A DNA stretch of 20,000 bases from Nitrospinota bacterium. GTDB taxonomy: Bacteria > JADFOP01. Positions 15,822 through 20,000 of this stretch are shown here, piece by piece. The DNA lies in the NCBI GenBank assembly GCA_022562795.1, contig JADFOP010000007.1, positions 50,120 to 70,119 on the forward strand, written 5' to 3'. The translations under genes and the position numbers were made by a program. The stretch's first letter is position 1; each line of letters opens with the position of its first letter. A model generated the notes under the pieces. That model was not told where the DNA came from. It did not search any database and saw only the letters and a list, made by a program, of their open reading frames with translations.

Positions 15822-16742
15822 ATGCGCTTCGGAGCCCACGTATCAATTGCCGGAAGCGTGGCCGAGGCCCCGGCCAGGGGCCTTGAGCTGGGGTGCCGCA
15901 CCATCCAGATATTCACCAAGAACGCCCGCCAGTGGAAGGCCAAGCCCTTGGGCGACGAGGAGGCAGATCAATTCCGCGCCGCCGTTGATACAAGCCCCAT
16001 CTGGGAAGTTGCGGCCCATAACACCTACCTCATCAACATGGCCAACCCTGAAGACGCTGGTTGGGAGAAGTCGGTAGAGGCCATGCTCGACGAGGTGGAC
16101 CGCTGCGACGCCCTCGGCGTAAAGCACCTGGTGTCCCATCCCGGCTCTCACCTCGACTCCGGCGAGTCGGCGGGACTGAGGCGCATCGCCGAGGCCCTCG
16201 ATGCCATCCACGAGGCCAGACCCGCCTCAGCATGCCTCATCACCTTAGAGGCCACCGCCGGCCAGGGCACGAACCTCGGCTACCGCTTCGAACACTTCTC
16301 GGAGCTCCTGGGCATGGTCAAAGCCCCTAAGCGGCTGGCCTTCTGCCTCGATACCTGTCACATCTTCGCCGCCGGCTACGACCTCGTCGATAGGTCGGGC
16401 TACGAGGGAACGATGAAGGCCTTCGACGAGTCGGTGGGCCTGGAGAGGCTCGCCCTCTGGCACGTGAACGATTCGGTCAAGGGCCTGGGAAGCCGCCTCG
16501 ACCGCCACGCCCACATCGGCCGGGGCGCAATCGGCCTGAAGGGCTTCCGGCGGCTGGTCAACGACGAGCGCTTCTTTCAAACCCCAATGATTCTGGAAAC
16601 CCCGAAGGATAAGCCGACGGACGACGTTGAAAATCTGAGAACCCTCCGCCACCTCGTGACCGGCAAGGCCAGAAAGGCCACTAAAACCCTCAAGCCGGAA
16701 GAAGCCCTGCCCAATAAGGCCATGACAAAAGCGAAGAAGTAA
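15822..16742 (+). CDS. nfo: Endonuclease IV (deoxyribonuclease IV)
   Basis: GAHVSIAG, QIFTKN, H..YLIN, HPGSH, E.TAGQG..LG..FE, CLDTCH.FAAGYD, HVNDS, DRHAHIG.G.IG, ILETP. Confidence 0.97.
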   Translation: MRFGAHVSIAGSVAEAPARGLELGCRTIQIFTKNARQWKAKPLGDEEADQFRAAVDTSPIWEVAAHNTYLINMANPEDAGWEKSVEAMLDEVDRCDALGVKHLVSHPGSHLDSGESAGLRRIAEALDAIHEARPASACLITLEATAGQGTNLGYRFEHFSELLGMVKAPKRLAFCLDTCHIFAAGYDLVDRSGYEGTMKAFDESVGLERLALWHVNDSVKGLGSRLDRHAHIGRGAIGLKGFRRLVNDERFFQTPMILETPKDKPTDDVENLRTLRHLVTGKARKATKTLKPEEALPNKAMTKAKK

Positions 16743-16777
16743 GCTACGAAAGGAGCCTGACCGTCTGCCAGCCCTTC

Positions 16778-17014
16778 CATTTGGCCATTTGACACATTTG
16801 ACACTTCTACACACATCTTGGGTTTTTCAAGAAGTGTCAAATTGAGCCTTGTACATTGATTTTACTGGCCTTATAGAAAATCAGCCCTCGGACATAAGCG
16901 TACAGTGTCCAACAGTGTCCAGAAGCCTCAGCTTACCATAAACCATTGATTATATTGTGGCTATTGGAAATCGTAGGCTTTTGGAAAATGGACAGGTGTG
17001 AAGGAGGTGTCCAA
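16778..17014. repeat. AT-rich tract with direct and inverted GTGTCMAA boxes and an IHF consensus site
   Basis: CATTTGACA x2 (16786-16803); 13-bp inverted repeat 16796-16808/16830-16842; ACAGTGTCCA x2 (16902-16921); GTGTCCAA 17007-17014; AATCAATGGTTTA on the minus strand at 16939-16951. Confidence 0.6.
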
Positions 17015-17152
17015 CTCTTGTAAGTGGTGGAAATTATAAAGCTTGCGGGCTTTAGCCAGAAATCCCGTGTATTTCGGGATCGGCAGCCCCACCTTCCGCT
17101 TAAGGCGGACCTGAGGCGGAACCCCCCGACCCGCCTGAGGCGGGCTGGCGGT

Positions 17153-17220
17153 CTCAGGTTCAGGAGCGAACCTGAGCTACCCAAATTAAGGGTAGTCGGG
17201 GTCGCCCCTGACCCCGACTC
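17153..17220. repeat. Divergent doublet of GTAG-type REP palindromes
   Basis: Minus-strand GTAGCTCAGGTTCGCTCCTGAACCTGAG (17153-17180) and plus-strand GTAGTCGGGGTCGCCCCTGACCCCGAC (17192-17218). Confidence 0.75.
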
Positions 17221-17243
17221 GACCTGTCGAGGGCGCGGTATGA

Positions 17244-19178
17244 TTATTTATTGGCTTTAATTCCCCTTGCGCGCTCAAGCAGTCTCTCCGCTTCGTCTTC
17301 CCTCCCCATTTTCTTATAAAGCACCGCCAGATTTATCAGCTCATTGGTCACATCGGTGTGGCCGGGCCCACGGGTCTTCTCCCTAATCGCCAGGGCCCGC
17401 CGGTACATGACCTCGGCTTCGGAGTACTGGCCCTGCAATGTGTAGATCTTCGCCAGTCGGTTCAGCATAAATACGACCCGGGGATGGTCCGGCCCGATCG
17501 ATTTCTCCCGGAACTCTAAAACCCGCCTGTAGAGAGGCTCCGCCTGGGCGTACTGGCGCTGCTTATAGTAGACAAGAGCCAGGTTGTTCAGGCTCTGGGC
17601 CACAACGGGGTGGTCCGGCCCGAGGGTTTTTTCCCGGATCGCCAGCACCCGCGTGTAGAGAGGCTCCGCATCGACGTACAGGCCTTGCTTTTTATACAGG
17701 AGCGCCAAGCTGTTCAGTGCTTTGCCCACATCGGGATGGTCCGGCCCGAGGGCCTTTTCCCGGATCGCCAGCGCCCGCCTGAAAAGCGGCTCCGCCTTGG
17801 CGTACTCTTTCTTTTTCATGTAGGCATTGCCGAGGCTGTTGAGCGCCTTCTCATCGCCTGGCTTGAGGCGAAGGGACTTCTCGTACGAGGCGATGGCCTG
17901 GTCCAACAGGCCCTTTGCCCCGTAGGCGCGGCCGAGCTCGTAATGGGCCTTGGCATCACCCGGCTTGAGATAGACGGCCTCCCGAAACGCCGAGAGGGCG
18001 GCATCGTACTGGCCCGTCTTGCCGTAGGCCACGCCGAGGTCGTAATACGCAAGGGCATTGGCGGGATCGATGCGGACGGCCTCCTTAAGCGCCGAGATGG
18101 CTGAATCCCACCGGCCTCCCCTGCCGTAGGCCATCCCGAGGCTATAGTGCGCCGACGCATCATCCGGCTTTAAGCGAAGGGCCTCTTTGAACGAGACGAC
18201 AGCCGCATCCCACCGGCCCTTTTGAAAGTAGGCGTCGCCGAGGTTTTGGTATACCTGGGCATCGTCGATTCTCAGGCGAATGGCATTTTGGTATGAGGCG
18301 ATCGCATCATCCCACATACCTTTAATCCCGAAGGCGACTCCTAGGCTATTGTGCGTCCACGCATCGTCCGGATTGAGGCGCAGCGCCTCTTGGTACGTCT
18401 CGATGGCGGAATCCCACTGGCCCTTGTTAACGTAGGCGTCGCCGAGGTTGTTACGCGCCTCGGCAAAGTCGGGCCTTAGGCGAACGGCCTCCCGGTATGA
18501 GGAGATGGCAAAGTCCCACATGCCCTTTACCCCGTACGCCCACCCGAGGTTGTTTTGGACCTGGGCATCGTCTGGCTTGAGGCGAAGAGCCTTCTTGTAC
18601 GAGGCGATGGCAAAATCCCACTGGCCCGCCTTCCCGTAGGCCCAGCCGAGGTTGTTCTGCGCCTTATAGTGGTTCGGGTCGAGGAGGAGGGCCTCCTTGT
18701 AGGCAGCGATGGCGGCATCGTACCGGCCGGTATCCCCGTATGTGACACCGAGGCCGTAATGCGCCCTCGCATCGTCCGGCTTGAGGCGAAGGGCCTCCTG
18801 GTACGAGGCGATGGCGGCATCGTACCGGCCCGTATTTCCTAAGGCCGCCCCGAGGTTTTTGTGCGCCTCCACGAAGTCCGGCTTGAGGCGAAGGGCCTCC
18901 TTGTAGGCGGCGATGGCGGCGTCGTACCGGCCCGTCTTGTTGTAGACCCAGCCGAGGCTGTTATGGGGCTCGGCGAAGTCGGGCTTTAAGCGGATGGACT
19001 CGTTGAACGAGGCGATGGCGTCGTCGTACCGGCCCTGCTGCCACGAGGCAATTCCTTCGTCAAAAGACGTCAGAGCATCGGCTCCCCATGCCTTGGCCAC
19101 AGGCGATGTCAGGGCCGACGCCACGACCAGTGCGAGGGCCAGGACACTCATTGCCAAAAGGCGCATACACCACCTCAT
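17244..19178 (-). CDS. Secreted TPR protein: 12 canonical 34-aa TPRs plus about 5 kinesin-light-chain-type 42-aa TPRs
   Basis: Repeats NLG..Y...G.YD.AIA.Y.EALRLKPD, then LAIREK.LGPDHP; signal peptide. Start set at ATG 19178 (19166 or TTG 19238 are alternatives). Confidence 0.92.
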   Translation of the reverse strand: MRWCMRLLAMSVLALALVVASALTSPVAKAWGADALTSFDEGIASWQQGRYDDAIASFNESIRLKPDFAEPHNSLGWVYNKTGRYDAAIAAYKEALRLKPDFVEAHKNLGAALGNTGRYDAAIASYQEALRLKPDDARAHYGLGVTYGDTGRYDAAIAAYKEALLLDPNHYKAQNNLGWAYGKAGQWDFAIASYKKALRLKPDDAQVQNNLGWAYGVKGMWDFAISSYREAVRLRPDFAEARNNLGDAYVNKGQWDSAIETYQEALRLNPDDAWTHNSLGVAFGIKGMWDDAIASYQNAIRLRIDDAQVYQNLGDAYFQKGRWDAAVVSFKEALRLKPDDASAHYSLGMAYGRGGRWDSAISALKEAVRIDPANALAYYDLGVAYGKTGQYDAALSAFREAVYLKPGDAKAHYELGRAYGAKGLLDQAIASYEKSLRLKPGDEKALNSLGNAYMKKKEYAKAEPLFRRALAIREKALGPDHPDVGKALNSLALLYKKQGLYVDAEPLYTRVLAIREKTLGPDHPVVAQSLNNLALVYYKQRQYAQAEPLYRRVLEFREKSIGPDHPRVVFMLNRLAKIYTLQGQYSEAEVMYRRALAIREKTRGPGHTDVTNELINLAVLYKKMGREDEAERLLERARGIKANK

Positions 19179-19258
19179 CGCCACATTGCTCCCCTGGGGC
19201 CGGAATGCTTTCTCACGCGGTTTGCCGGATCGTTTCAATGCAATATATCAAATCGCAA

Positions 19259-19295
19259 GAAAAAAGCCGACCTACCCCTAACAGGGTAACTCGGC
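19259..19295 (-). terminator. Intrinsic terminator-like hairpin upstream of the TPR gene
   Basis: Minus strand GCCGAGTTACCC-TGTTA-GGGGTAGGTCGGC-TTTTTT; homologous to 115-154. Confidence 0.7.
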
Positions 19296-19433
19296 CTATA
19301 CGGCTACGTATTGCTGAGGCTCCCCAACAGTCAACGTCGCAGCTTTCCGCAGGACGTTGCTTTTTGTATGGACAGGGGAGCAGCCAGGGGCACCCCGCCT
19401 CAGGCGGACTTCCCGCTCCCTGTTCTAAAGGCC

Positions 19434-19629
19434 GGACAGCCATAAAGGCTGTCCCTACATAACCAGAATTCGATGGTTTGGGGACGAATCCCATGTAGGG
19501 ACAGGGTTTACCCCTGTCCGTGGGTTAGACGGGCGGGTCGCTGTCATAAAGGCCGGACACCCACAAGGGGCGTCCCTACAGGAAGGACTGCTAAAAGGAG
19601 TCGGGGTCAGGGGCGACCCCGACTACCCT
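19434..19629. repeat. Cluster of four GTAG-type REP palindromes (REPIN/BIME-like)
   Basis: 19434-19458 (-), 19495-19519 (+), 19555-19579 (-), 19598-19629 (-); each is GTAG plus a GC-rich stem. Confidence 0.8.
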
Positions 19630-19732
19630 CATTTATGAGATCTACAAAATGATACAATCTTCGGTGAAACAGCGCAAGCGCTCTTTTGAAGGGCCGCCCC
19701 TGGCGGGCGTTTCTACTTCCTCCCCCTTGTTT

Positions 19733-20000
19733 TCATTTGACCAGGTCGTGGAAAATCCAGCCGGGGCGGCCGTCGCTCAAGCGGACCTTCATCCATCCGT
19801 ACCGGAGGTGGGAAGAAGCCGCCCGAACCGTATCGCCCCTCTTGAGGGTCACGGCCACCGGGTAGGCGAGCCCGAAGCCTTCTCGGACGTTGGCCTGCCA
19901 TTTGACGACCTGAACCTTCGTGAGCTCCCCGGTGAGGAAATCAGCGTTGCCCCGCGGGTCCTTTAGCTCGGCGAGCTCCCGCTCCACCTCCCGCGTCACG
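19733..20000 (-). CDS. C-terminal part of a protein with a bacterial SH3 domain preceded by a coiled-coil-like segment (5' truncated by the window edge)
   Basis: ANVREG.G....V...LKRGD.V.......GWMKVRL.DG..GWI...LV is the SH3b (SH3_3) pattern. Confidence 0.8.
   Translation of the reverse strand, partial: VTREVERELAELKDPRGNADFLTGELTKVQVVKWQANVREGFGLAYPVAVTLKRGDTVRAASSHLRYGWMKVRLSDGRPGWIFHDLVK

Noticed and set aside
16933-17260. ORFs 16933..17184 and 17024..17260, and likewise 19088..19494
   Set aside because: They run through palindromic repeat DNA and give no recognisable protein or RAYT HUH motif.
19434-19629. CRISPR array
   Set aside because: Units alternate in orientation, differ in sequence and have irregular spacing; no cas genes are in the window.

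Overview
A high-GC bacterial window (roughly mid-60s % by eye) with one clearly AT-richer gene at the left end, a pyruvate kinase. Its 14 supported CDSs are pyk, a PhzF-family epimerase, ogt, two GshB-like ATP-grasp ligases, a small secreted His/Cys protein, a 1318-aa membrane-anchored NACHT-like/HEAT/TPR protein with degenerate Walker motifs, a divergent GNAT, an alpha/beta hydrolase, a SirB1-family protein, a MoxR AAA+-vWA fusion, a secreted hypothetical protein, nfo and a secreted TPR protein. A partial SH3-domain gene sits at the right edge. The most interesting signals are non-coding. (1) A near-consensus sigma70 promoter points at an ORF-free ~102-nt four-way-junction RNA with three GCAA tetraloops (3439-3540), a candidate undescribed ncRNA. 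(2) A dispersed, collinear module (GTAG-REP, ~60-nt block, covarying terminator hairpin) lies upstream of both pyk and the TPR gene. (3) GTAG-type REP palindromes are present, including a perfect 32-bp inverted pair that brackets the TPR gene. (4) An AT-rich tract after nfo carries repeated GTGTCMAA boxes and an IHF consensus site. All family calls are from motif recognition by eye; no searches were run.
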